Source: a virus
Strand: one strand, 5' to 3'
Length of the DNA: 64,000 nucleotides
IMG/VR virus record: IMGVR_UViG_3300049830_000142
Span: 1 to 64,000 of that record
Below the pieces are notes generated by a model, which was not told the DNA's origin, did not search any database, and was given only the letters and a program-made list of their open reading frames with translations. The position numbers and the translations under genes are program-made. Position 1 is the stretch's first letter. The number at the start of each line of letters is the position of its first letter. This document shows, in pieces, positions 9,522 through 18,174 of the stretch.

Positions 9522-11933
9522 TTATGCCAAAGCCTTAGCACGGGCTTCAGCGACGATACCGCGGATTTCTTTCAAAGTCTGGAAACGTTTGAGCTGGCCG
9601 TCAACGAAGACGACCTCCAGCTCACTCTTAGCTTCCTCACCCCAAGTCACCTTCTCTTGGACTTGCAGACGACCCTTGTCATCTTTGTAGACTTTGAGCA
9701 GACCGCAGTTGCTCTTCTTTGTGCCATCGTCGGTAACCGGATCTTTGAAGATGTCGACCGATTTACCGTTGATTTCCACATAAGTGGCTTTCATAGCCAG
9801 ACCGAATGTGTCGCGAGTGTTGCACTGATAGGTATATGAACCAATACCTAGCACAACTTGTGAAGCGAATCCTTTCGCAGCCAATCCTTCGCAGATAGCA
9901 CGGGCGCGCTCTAAGGTAATGCTATCCCCATAGATGACGCCGATGTGTGAGTCAAGAAGCTTGTAGCCTTTGTCTGTAGTAGTCCCTCCGAAGATTTCCC
10001 ACAAACATTGAACTACGCCCTTACGTTCAGCTTCGCTTGCACCATCCGGATTACCACAGATGATTAACTCAGGGTCACCGCTATCAGGGCGGATGACCAC
10101 TTTACCGTCACGAGCCAGCACGTCAGCTTTGAGAGCTAACAGGTATTCGGTGACGACTTTCCAAAGGTCCCAGGTATCACTGACGATTGAAACGATGCCC
10201 TTGGGATAGACTTTGGTGATGAGACGACGGAAGGTTTCAATTTCCGTGCCTTTACCACCGCTACACATAACGCTGTGTTCAGTAGCGGGAACAGAGCCGC
10301 CAACCAATTCCTTGGTCACGTCAGCTCCATAGTAGTATTCCAAACCAGTGATGGCAGGAATCGTATCAGTGCCAGTAAAGCTCAACAAGTGAGCCATGCC
10401 AGATCTTTGAGCGCTGTCCCACCCATCCATGCCTCGGAAGCTGAAGTCGTGCCCTTGCCATTGCACGAACTCCGGAGACATGCCAGTTTCCTTGGCATAT
10501 TTATCCAGGATCAGCCTGTATTGGAATGCGATGGTTGCGCTTGTGCTCATCTTCCAAACCTCTGCGCTAAACAAGCTTTCTACCCAGTTAGTCACCCAAT
10601 AGAACTCAGGCAACGTATTCAAGACAGTGAGGCAAGGAACACGCATAGGAACTAGCGTACCCTCTTTCACAGCCTTGATCTTGATAGGCAGATAACCGAG
10701 CTTGTGCAAATCTTCGACGTGCTTGTATGAAGCCAGGTCTCCAGTTGTGTTGGAGATGATTCGCTTATACTCGCCTAACACTTCAGCAAGAGGTTTCTTG
10801 AAGAAATGTTTGTTGAAGTAGTCAATGAGGACACGTTGGCAGAACATTTGCAAACCAAAGAACATCATACTATCCACTCCAGCTATACGACTCTTACGAG
10901 CAGTCCAGTTAGAATAGACGTATTCAGTTCCTTCCGGATACTGAAAGACGTGACCAACTTTATAGAAGTCAGTCAAGAGCAGTGGATTCGGTTCCTTTTT
11001 AACGAAATGCTCTTTCTTCGGAATGATGATGTCATTCGTCTTGTATTGCAGGTTACCGGCTTTTGCATCGAGAGCAGCGAAGACAGGAACGACAGTAACA
11101 ATCTTGCTACTATAGTTATTGCTGAAGCTATCGCTCGTGATGATGTTGTCGAAATACTTTTCCAACTCCATGAACCCTTTGGAAAAGATGCCGTGCGAAA
11201 CGATCAACGTCATCGTCTTGGGAGGCAAGGCCGAGCCGTCTTTGCAGTCAGCCGAGTATTCCTTGAGCTGTTGAGCAATGGCGGTGAAGGTTGCACCACC
11301 GTCACAAATGTCATCAATGATGACGCAGTTTCTTCCAGAACAGATAGCTGCCACCTCATTCGGAACTTTGAGCGTGATGGCACCAGTTGCAAGGTTACGA
11401 TCTTTCGAGCAATAGACGATCTCTTTGATGTTGGTATTCCAGCCAAGATAGCTCTTCACTTTCTTAGCAGCGCCAGCATCAGGCACTATCAGGACAGCGT
11501 CTTCCTGTTTATATGCCTGGACCAGTTTACTGTTGTTGTGAGCTTTGCTGTGCTTGATTAGAGCTGGAGCGACGTCGCTGTGTGGATCGAAAAGGTTGAC
11601 GACCTTGAAACCGCATTGATTGATTAGATCAGCAACGACTTCGAGGAAGACAGGACCTCCAGGGACCATTACACGGTCAGACCTGGCACCGAGCAAGTAA
11701 GGTATTACGAGCTCAGCTTTTTCGATAAACATATGATCGAGGGCGTTCGAGAGCTGAAGTAAGTTCATTACGTCTAAGCTAGAGCGTAAACGAGCAACAA
11801 CCCGCACACCGTCTTTCGCAGAGTCAACAGAAACCTCTTTCGTGTTGACCGTCAAATTTGGTTGGTTATCCGGAAACATTCCCAGTCCTACTCCAGACTG
11901 TGTATCCAGGTTTAGTGTTTGTAGTATTTTCAT
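9522..11933 (-). CDS. fusion of ribose-phosphate pyrophosphokinase-like and nicotinamide phosphoribosyltransferase-like domains (NARP1 Adps-Namat-like)
   Basis: N-half: IPYLLGARSDR, FDPHSDV, PDAGA, IIDDICDGGAT, VSHGIFS. C-half: LLLTDFYKVGH, HDFSFRG, PATEHSVM, VSDTWD, IRPDSGDP, YGDSIT. Confidence 0.9.
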   Translation of the reverse strand: MKILQTLNLDTQSGVGLGMFPDNQPNLTVNTKEVSVDSAKDGVRVVARLRSSLDVMNLLQLSNALDHMFIEKAELVIPYLLGARSDRVMVPGGPVFLEVVADLINQCGFKVVNLFDPHSDVAPALIKHSKAHNNSKLVQAYKQEDAVLIVPDAGAAKKVKSYLGWNTNIKEIVYCSKDRNLATGAITLKVPNEVAAICSGRNCVIIDDICDGGATFTAIAQQLKEYSADCKDGSALPPKTMTLIVSHGIFSKGFMELEKYFDNIITSDSFSNNYSSKIVTVVPVFAALDAKAGNLQYKTNDIIIPKKEHFVKKEPNPLLLTDFYKVGHVFQYPEGTEYVYSNWTARKSRIAGVDSMMFFGLQMFCQRVLIDYFNKHFFKKPLAEVLGEYKRIISNTTGDLASYKHVEDLHKLGYLPIKIKAVKEGTLVPMRVPCLTVLNTLPEFYWVTNWVESLFSAEVWKMSTSATIAFQYRLILDKYAKETGMSPEFVQWQGHDFSFRGMDGWDSAQRSGMAHLLSFTGTDTIPAITGLEYYYGADVTKELVGGSVPATEHSVMCSGGKGTEIETFRRLITKVYPKGIVSIVSDTWDLWKVVTEYLLALKADVLARDGKVVIRPDSGDPELIICGNPDGASEAERKGVVQCLWEIFGGTTTDKGYKLLDSHIGVIYGDSITLERARAICEGLAAKGFASQVVLGIGSYTYQCNTRDTFGLAMKATYVEINGKSVDIFKDPVTDDGTKKSNCGLLKVYKDDKGRLQVQEKVTWGEEAKSELEVVFVDGQLKRFQTLKEIRGIVAEARAKALA

Positions 11934-12505
11934 TTTATTGGTTTAACGTAAGGCTCCTGGTTTTCACGCCAGCAGATGTTTAGTTGAGCTAGTATTTTGT
12001 CGAGCGCAGGCGATAGGCCTAACGCAGGCTCGTGCGCGTTCATTAGTGATACAAGTGTACGCTTCTGCATACCTGTGCAGTACTCTCGCTCCATGATAGT
12101 GCTAAGCAGATCACGGATATCACTGATTGTGCCACAACAAGGAGCTAACTCGCATTCCTCGTCATACTGCAATCGATCGCTATCTTTCTTAAGACCAATG
12201 GCCTTAAACCACTCGTCTTGTGTTGCTACAACAGGATATGTGACTGCCATTTCTTTAGCCTCCTGATAGCTAAGAAAAAATTCGTCTGCTTTCCAGGCAT
12301 CCAAGAATGTCCCTCGGTCCATGTTGACAATACGCAACCTATAGTCAGTGGCATACAGTATGTCGCCTTTTTCTTTGTCTTTGCCTAGTATACAGAAGTA
12401 GCCTAGGATTTCATCTTCATGCACGTCTTTTACAACAGGCCTGGGGATGAAAACTTTGGTACCGATCGGTAACAAGTCATCCGCAATTTCACAAGTAATC
12501 TTCAT
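11930..12505 (-). CDS. hypothetical protein
   Basis: ORF with a 4-bp overlap to the NAMPT fusion start. Start set at MKITCE (12505). Confidence 0.6.
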   Translation of the reverse strand: MKITCEIADDLLPIGTKVFIPRPVVKDVHEDEILGYFCILGKDKEKGDILYATDYRLRIVNMDRGTFLDAWKADEFFLSYQEAKEMAVTYPVVATQDEWFKAIGLKKDSDRLQYDEECELAPCCGTISDIRDLLSTIMEREYCTGMQKRTLVSLMNAHEPALGLSPALDKILAQLNICWRENQEPYVKPIK

Positions 12506-12524
12506 AGCTAAAAAGTTGGTTAGT

Positions 12525-12785
12525 TTAACTGACAGACGAGCCCACAGCACCAATCTTCCTTTGCAGGTTGAATGGTGCTGTGGGGCTCTGATGGATTGAC
12601 ACTAAGCTTGCGCTCAGTCCATCTTTTGGGCTGTCGGAGGGTTGGTCTATAATGAGGATGACCAACCACGTTCCATTAAGCTTGCGCTCAACGAAAGGGG
12701 GATGTTGGGACAAAGTTCGGCCTTGTATCTGGCCAACCGTAGTAATGTATTGTGATATCACACAAGTAATGGGCGTCATTCCCAT
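12525..12785 (-). CDS. small hypothetical protein
   Basis: 86-aa ORF co-oriented with the operon; no motif. Confidence 0.35.
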   Translation of the reverse strand: MGMTPITCVISQYITTVGQIQGRTLSQHPPFVERKLNGTWLVILIIDQPSDSPKDGLSASLVSIHQSPTAPFNLQRKIGAVGSSVS

Positions 12786-12842
12786 ACCAGCTCCGAAGAG
12801 GTCCGACGATGACCACCACCACCATAGCTCAACGTATCGAAG

Positions 12843-13052
12843 TCACCCAACATAAAGTTTTACCTCAGTGAAATTAGTTACCAGCCAACTGATGAGCCTG
12901 TACATTGACGCCTTCCGCTCATCAGCAAACCTTAAGTCGAGCGTCTGACTACAAGGTCTAGTAAATTGGTTTAGGGGGTGTCGATTCGAGGTTAGGCCGC
13001 TAAGCCTTGTCTCCTCTAACAGTATTATTTTTGGCGTATACTGCTCGTCCAA
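12843..13052 (-). CDS. small hypothetical protein
   Basis: 69-aa ORF with a TTG start; no motif. Confidence 0.3.
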   Translation of the reverse strand: MDEQYTPKIILLEETRLSGLTSNRHPLNQFTRPCSQTLDLRFADERKASMYRLISWLVTNFTEVKLYVG

Positions 13053-13480
13053 AACCTAGGATAAAGCCTTGAATTGTGGTACACCCTAGAACACCTGAAG
13101 CGCTGCCAGCACTTTTGATGTTCTACTTAAGACTCTCCACAAAGACCTTTTCAGGCAACCGGACCCCTTCCTAGGGGGTGTCCGAGGAAGAAACGACAAC
13201 CTCAAGCATCAGCTGGATGAAGAGGTAGCGCCACCATTGGGGGCTCATGTCCCATGGATTTTGTGATCGAACCTTTCCAGCATGGAGGCAACATACGGTC
13301 ACCTTTGGCCAAAACATCGTGGTTCAATACATTATACCCTAATAGGGGCTATTCTGGCCTAGGGGGTGCTAAAAGATACGGATAGGGTTTATGCTATCCA
13401 AGTTATTATACCATACAAACTAAGTTATAGCTTAGGGGGAGGGGGCCCGTACTAGCTTACATGCTTATTTAGGGTATGAT
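12973..13480. promoter_or_regulatory. divergent control region with repeated AGGGGGTG motifs and C-tract..GGTAT(A/G)AT elements
   Basis: AGGGGGTG at 12973, 13173 and 13361; ATTATACC (minus-strand GGTATAAT) at 13331 and 13405; GCTTAGGGGGAGGGGG at 13430; GGTATGAT at 13473. Confidence 0.65.
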
Positions 13481-13544
13481 AAATTGAGAGAGACTCTATC
13501 AATGGAGTCCCCGTAAACTGCAACAAATAACTACAATAAACAAC

Positions 13545-13916
13545 ATGATACATCATACATTCGAAATTAGCCTATTCTGGCTTACCGTCATCATCCTCGC
13601 CGCCCTAGGGGTGGGGGTGTTACTACATCAACGGTATTACAATCGTAAGCTGCCTTGGGACCGCTGGACAACCTTGACTTTCTTCACCGACCCGAACCTG
13701 GGTTTGGAGGGGTGGGTTGACGAGGGTGGAAATGTGGATGATTCTTGGTTTACTACCGAGTTCTCCAACAAGCCGATCTACGCTGGCCGGATACCTCATG
13801 GCACCAAGATCAGGGTTGTCATCAAAGGCATTTCCGGTATGGGTGGTTACGTCTCATATGATATGGATGAGCTCGTGGCTATCGCACGGAAAAACCAGCT
13901 ACCTGTCAAGGCATGA
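13545..13916 (+). CDS. membrane-anchored hypothetical protein
   Basis: N-terminal hydrophobic helix LFWLTVIILAALGVGVLL; first gene of an accessory island. Confidence 0.6.
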   Translation: MIHHTFEISLFWLTVIILAALGVGVLLHQRYYNRKLPWDRWTTLTFFTDPNLGLEGWVDEGGNVDDSWFTTEFSNKPIYAGRIPHGTKIRVVIKGISGMGGYVSYDMDELVAIARKNQLPVKA

Positions 13917-14332
13917 GCACCTTCAAAGCCTTGACAGGTGAGATGGACGCACTCCTTTTTGAGGTTGGTTTGAATGTGTCAGGCATGGAGAATGCACATT
14001 CATCTATTTATGCGACGGAAAAGAAAGAGCGTGTCATGGCAGGTTTGACTAGACTGCGGGAGATCCGTGAATTGTTCGTCCAGCTACCTTACTCCCAGAT
14101 CAGCCAAGCTACAATCAAAATCGAGATCATGGAGTCTATGCCGGCTGCACGGTCTCCAGAAACAAATATCAATCCATTTCACCATGACGCCTATCACATG
14201 GGAATGAGCTTTTCAAAAAACGTGTTGATCATGATGGCAAATCATGATACGGAATCTGCAAAATACATGATTTTGATCAACACTAAAACAGGGGAACGAG
14301 TTAAGCTGTTGTTCCCTGAAGACTGGCAATGA
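13913..14332 (+). CDS. hypothetical protein
   Basis: ATGA overlaps at both ends. Confidence 0.65.
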   Translation: MSTFKALTGEMDALLFEVGLNVSGMENAHSSIYATEKKERVMAGLTRLREIRELFVQLPYSQISQATIKIEIMESMPAARSPETNINPFHHDAYHMGMSFSKNVLIMMANHDTESAKYMILINTKTGERVKLLFPEDWQ

Positions 14333-14598
14333 ACTATCCCTGCAAACACGGCGTTACCAATTACTGCGGCGTGTGTGAGGTGTTTGATAAGCCGCCTAAT
14401 TGGACGGTTGACGATCCCAGGATGTGGAAGGAACAATGCAGGATTGGTGACGTTGCGTTTCAGCACTTGTTCGTCACTACTCATGGATTGCCTGTGCCTG
14501 ACTGGGTTACTGAAGGATTGCCTCAAGTGTATAAACTACTTGAGACGATAAAACATCTGCAACAACAATTAAAAGAAAGAGACGGAAATGAGTCCTAA
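14329..14598 (+). CDS. hypothetical protein with a C-H-C-C motif
   Basis: CKHG..YCGVC N-terminus; ATGA overlap with the upstream gene. Confidence 0.55.
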   Translation: MNYPCKHGVTNYCGVCEVFDKPPNWTVDDPRMWKEQCRIGDVAFQHLFVTTHGLPVPDWVTEGLPQVYKLLETIKHLQQQLKERDGNES

Positions 14599-14887
14599 GC
14601 TGCAGCAAGCGGTCCAGGATAACGAATACTTCGACCCTAAGGAATTTCCTGATGGTAGGGTAGCTTGTTTAATGGGATTGCTTTACACTTGTGCCATTAT
14701 CGTCCTGAGCGAAAAAAACTGCGAGCATAGCTACGATGACCGTTGGTGCTACTGCAGTCCGGAAAAAGCGAAGTTAGCGTTGGCTGCTTGGGATGGTATG
14801 GGTGAACCTACTGGCTGGCATCGTCATCCTACAACAGGACGTAGACGAGAAAATGGAGATCCAACCAAAGAAACAATAAACCACTGA
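14588..14887 (+). CDS. phage hypothetical protein
   Basis: YDDRWCY..WDGMGEPTGWHRHPTTGRRR, a Trp/Gly-rich pattern I associate with small phage proteins. Confidence 0.65.
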   Translation: MSPKLQQAVQDNEYFDPKEFPDGRVACLMGLLYTCAIIVLSEKNCEHSYDDRWCYCSPEKAKLALAAWDGMGEPTGWHRHPTTGRRRENGDPTKETINH

Positions 14888-14935
14888 GTTCTGGAGGAAA
14901 CGAAGTAAACCAAAAAGAAAAGGAGGACTTATGAT

Positions 14936-14983
14936 GAATGCATAGCCTGGGATGGTGGTCCTGGGCTATGCATTCTTTTCTTT
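14936..14983 (+). terminator. intrinsic terminator, probably bidirectional
   Basis: 12-bp perfect stem GAATGCATAGCC/GGCTATGCATTC (extendable by G-T pairs) followed by TTTTCTTT, at a convergent junction. Confidence 0.75.
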
Positions 14984-14988
14984 AGCTA

Positions 14989-15846
14989 TTAGACTGACAC
15001 TTCGTACTTGATAGGGTCACTGTACTTATAGCCGGTCAACCCAGTGTGACCATATTCCCAATCAAAGATACTAGTGAAGTCATCTGTATGTATCTCAGGC
15101 AACTCATGTGTAGCTTGAGTCAATTGCTGCTTAACTCCATCCATGTGGTTAGCATAGATATGAGTATCCATCAAGAACCCGATTAGCTTGCCTTCCTTCA
15201 AATTAGCCTCTTTAGCTAATAGATGAAGTAAGAGAGCGTAACTAGCGATGTTCTGAGGTAAACCACAGCAAGTATCTACACTACGCTGGTTCCAAGCTAA
15301 GTTTAGCTTATCACCTATTACTGTAACTTGAAAACCGTAATGGCAACTAGGTAATGCTGCGTAAGGAAGTACTAAAGGATTCCAGGCAGACACAATCATA
15401 CGTCTGTCACTAGGATTCTTCTTTAAGGTGTCCACTAATACCTTAAGCTGGTCTATCTTATCACCACAGTTATGGCAACCGAATCCTCTCCACTGTGTTC
15501 CATAGATTAGGCCTAGATCGTCTTCAGCAGCCATCTTAGCTTTGGTAGCGTCGTCATTAGCATAGGGAACTAACTTAGGATTACACCAACCATCCCAGTA
15601 ATGACATCCCCTATCCTGCAACCACTTCTTGCTACGTAAGCCCTTGATGAAGAACTCTAACTCAACTTTCGTAGACTTGAACGGAAGCTTTCGACTAGTG
15701 AGTAGTGGAAAGCCATCCGCCATATCGTGCTCAAACATGAAACCGGCAATGGTTAAGCAATCGACACCAGTCCTATTGCCCTTCCATTGCCCTTCAGTAA
15801 GTATCTTGTTGAGTAAGTCTAAGTATTGTTTGTCTGCGTTATTCAT
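14989..15846 (-). CDS. thyA: thymidylate synthase ThyA
   Basis: RTGVD, FPLLTSRK, DLGLIYGTQWR, RRMIVSAWNP, LPSCH, NQRSVD, NIASY, DTHIYANH. Start at MNNADKQY. Confidence 0.95.
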   Translation of the reverse strand: MNNADKQYLDLLNKILTEGQWKGNRTGVDCLTIAGFMFEHDMADGFPLLTSRKLPFKSTKVELEFFIKGLRSKKWLQDRGCHYWDGWCNPKLVPYANDDATKAKMAAEDDLGLIYGTQWRGFGCHNCGDKIDQLKVLVDTLKKNPSDRRMIVSAWNPLVLPYAALPSCHYGFQVTVIGDKLNLAWNQRSVDTCCGLPQNIASYALLLHLLAKEANLKEGKLIGFLMDTHIYANHMDGVKQQLTQATHELPEIHTDDFTSIFDWEYGHTGLTGYKYSDPIKYEVSV

Positions 15847-16036
15847 GACGCAGAGCCAACTGATTCTCACTAAAGATATGTAGCATACCTTCGCCATTAG
15901 CTGTAGTAAGCTCTGCCACAACCCTAGCGTTACCAGTCAAGGTTTTGAATATGCTAACTACTGTACCGTCAAATGCGTATCCTTTAGGTTTACAGATCTT
16001 ATCGCCTACTTTGAATGGAGGTTCAGGGTAATTCAC
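15839..16036 (-). CDS. SH3-fold protein resembling type II (R67/DfrB) dihydrofolate reductase
   Basis: FKVGDKICKPKGYAFDGTVV..E..GMLHIF aligns almost without gaps to DfrB [27 protein letters not shown]. GTG start with GTGA overlap; its 3' end overlaps the thyA start. Confidence 0.5.
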   Translation of the reverse strand: MNYPEPPFKVGDKICKPKGYAFDGTVVSIFKTLTGNARVVAELTTANGEGMLHIFSENQLALRHE

Positions 16037-16404
16037 TTTTCCTCCTCTAAGAATTGCGTTGCCCACTTCTCAGTATCTTCAGCCTGCTTCTTGACCTGAG
16101 CTTCTGTCAAAGCATCAAGTACTGGCTTATCTTTGCGAGGGTCATTTACTGCAGGTCTGTTACCTTCAACCTCAGTCATATACTTAACTGGGTCTGTACC
16201 TTTAGGTAACGTAATGACTCCTGAGTCTGTAGCCATCTGCCAAACTGCGTCTTTTATATCAGTCTTAGGCTGGGTGCTTGCTAAAGCATTGATAATGATC
16301 TGATGTTGAACGAGCTCTGCTTGTGCAGCTGCTTTCTTTCTCTCTGCGTCTACTTTGCGAAATACTGCGGCTTCACTGTTTGTGTCTTGTGTTGGTTGTC
16401 CCAT
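16033..16404 (-). CDS. hypothetical protein
   Basis: 123-aa ORF within the operon. Confidence 0.6.
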   Translation of the reverse strand: MGQPTQDTNSEAAVFRKVDAERKKAAAQAELVQHQIIINALASTQPKTDIKDAVWQMATDSGVITLPKGTDPVKYMTEVEGNRPAVNDPRKDKPVLDALTEAQVKKQAEDTEKWATQFLEEEK

Positions 16405-16405
16405 A

Positions 16406-17164
16406 TTATGTAATTATTTTGTTACCTGCGTCTACTGTTAGCTGGCCTTCTTTAAGTTTACCAACTCTAAAAGCTGTGCAACGATAAATCTCGTTGTGAA
16501 CATCTTCTATAGAGCCTGAAGAATCAATGTTAAGTATCTTACCATTGCTCTCCTTCTCCTTACTCTTTAACCAATCGAAACCTTGAGCTATCCTAGTTTG
16601 GTAAGCTAGAGCCTCGCCCTCAAATCTATCCGTGCCGCCTCTATTAGCTTTGCGCTTAGCTGACTCTTCTGGGCTAATATCCATGACGAAGGTTAGATCA
16701 GGTACGGTTGGGCCTACTGTAAACTGTAGTAGAGCATTGATGATGTTCATGTCAGTCTGTCTACCAAACCCTTGATAGATGATAGTACTATACAAGAACC
16801 TGTCACAAATGCAAATACCGCCCGCTTCAAGAGCAGGTCTAATCTTTTCTTCTACTAACTGAGCTCTGTCAGCATTCATTAGTAATAGTTCAGCTGCATC
16901 ACAAATCTTAGAGCTAGGGTTCTTAACGATTTCCCTGAGTGATTCTCCTAAGCTAGATGAGCCTGGTGATCTGAATTGATGGACATGAAAGCCTAGTTGT
17001 TGGAGAGCCTTAGCTAGTAAATCTACTTGCGTAGTCTTACCTGCGCCATCTACTCCTTCAAAGCTAATCAAATAGCCCTTCTTCAATCCTACCGTAGGAT
17101 ATTGAATACCATCCCTGGCAATCGTATCCTGCATATTCTTTAGAAAGTCTGCATGCTTATTCAT
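16406..17164 (-). CDS. tmk: thymidylate kinase
   Basis: ISFEGVDGAGKTTQ P-loop, FRSPG, ADRAQ, ICDRFLYSTIIYQG, PDLTFVMD, DRFE. Confidence 0.92.
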   Translation of the reverse strand: MNKHADFLKNMQDTIARDGIQYPTVGLKKGYLISFEGVDGAGKTTQVDLLAKALQQLGFHVHQFRSPGSSSLGESLREIVKNPSSKICDAAELLLMNADRAQLVEEKIRPALEAGGICICDRFLYSTIIYQGFGRQTDMNIINALLQFTVGPTVPDLTFVMDISPEESAKRKANRGGTDRFEGEALAYQTRIAQGFDWLKSKEKESNGKILNIDSSGSIEDVHNEIYRCTAFRVGKLKEGQLTVDAGNKIIT

Positions 17165-17588
17165 AAATTGCTTCTAATGCTATAGGGTGTCCTGGGTTGT
17201 AGATATGGTCCAAAGCCAAGTTCACTAACCAAGGGATATTAGGAATTGTCTTTTCTTTACGGGTGATAATATCATTCACTTCGTATATGCCAACGATCTC
17301 AGACTCAACTGTAGTGACATCTAAGATACAGTCCACGGCATAGAAACAAGCGACTACGAAGTTCTCTTCATTCAAGTCGCGTAACGTACAAATCTCTTTC
17401 CAATCAGCTTTGATGTTTGCTTCTTCCTTAGCTTCTCTAGTCATGGCTTGTAGATAAGTTTCGCCATCCTCAACCTTACCACCTACACCATTAAGCAAAC
17501 CTAGCTGCCATTCCGGCTTCTGTTTTCTAATCAACGCTATCTTAGAGCAGTCCTTAGAAAACAGTAAGCCCATTACATATTTAGTCAT
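17157..17588 (-). CDS. Nudix hydrolase
   Basis: Nudix box GGKVEDGETYLQAMTREAKEEANI. Confidence 0.9.
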   Translation of the reverse strand: MTKYVMGLLFSKDCSKIALIRKQKPEWQLGLLNGVGGKVEDGETYLQAMTREAKEEANIKADWKEICTLRDLNEENFVVACFYAVDCILDVTTVESEIVGIYEVNDIITRKEKTIPNIPWLVNLALDHIYNPGHPIALEAIYE

Positions 17589-18129
17589 TATTATACCTTG
17601 CTACTAGCTTACATAAGCTAATAAATTCTTTTTCGTCTAAGTCTTGTTTCATTAAATTAATATTTTTTAACACCCATTGACAGTTATCCTTAGTGTAACC
17701 TTTTGATGAGTCAATTCGGTCTAAAGATGCATTACTAGTCGTGTCTTCACCATACTTACGCAGTGATATTGGAACGTTAGTCAATGCACATAACTTATCC
17801 TGGCGTATAAATAGTTTCCAGCCGTCTTTGATCGTGATCTTAAACGGAATTCCTCGTTTTTTAGCACAATAACGGATACAACTCCATTCTGTGCCACCTA
17901 ATTCCTCGCATCCTAACCATTTCGAGTTTGTCTTGCCACGACGGTTAGTGCACCCACATGATTTTGAAGCACCACTTCTTAAATGATAACCAATCATGCT
18001 CTTGACCTTACCACAATCGCATTGACATTCGAACCTAGATTCATGTCTAGGATTGTGGTTGCCTAAGTCTCTTAAAACCGTTAGTTTACCAAATTTGGCA
18101 CCTTGCTTTATAATAATTTTACTACCCAT
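17581..18129 (-). CDS. free-standing HNH endonuclease
   Basis: FGKLTV..CQCDCG..SKSCGC N-terminus; CALT..ASLDRIDSSKGYTKDNCQWV..INLMK. Confidence 0.85.
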   Translation of the reverse strand: MGSKIIIKQGAKFGKLTVLRDLGNHNPRHESRFECQCDCGKVKSMIGYHLRSGASKSCGCTNRRGKTNSKWLGCEELGGTEWSCIRYCAKKRGIPFKITIKDGWKLFIRQDKLCALTNVPISLRKYGEDTTSNASLDRIDSSKGYTKDNCQWVLKNINLMKQDLDEKEFISLCKLVARYNND

Positions 18130-18135
18130 ATGTAA

Positions 18136-18164
18136 ATATTACACACAGGTAGTAAAAATGTCAA
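18136..18164 (-). promoter_or_regulatory. sigma70 promoter, leaderless, for the HNH gene
   Basis: TTGACA-N17-TAATAT, then 6 nt, then ATG 18129. Confidence 0.75.
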
Positions 18165-18174
18165 GACCAATAAG

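Noticed and set aside
9657-11561. Plus-strand ORFs up to 251 aa inside the Prs-NAMPT gene
   Set aside because: Antisense frames left open by codon bias of the real gene.
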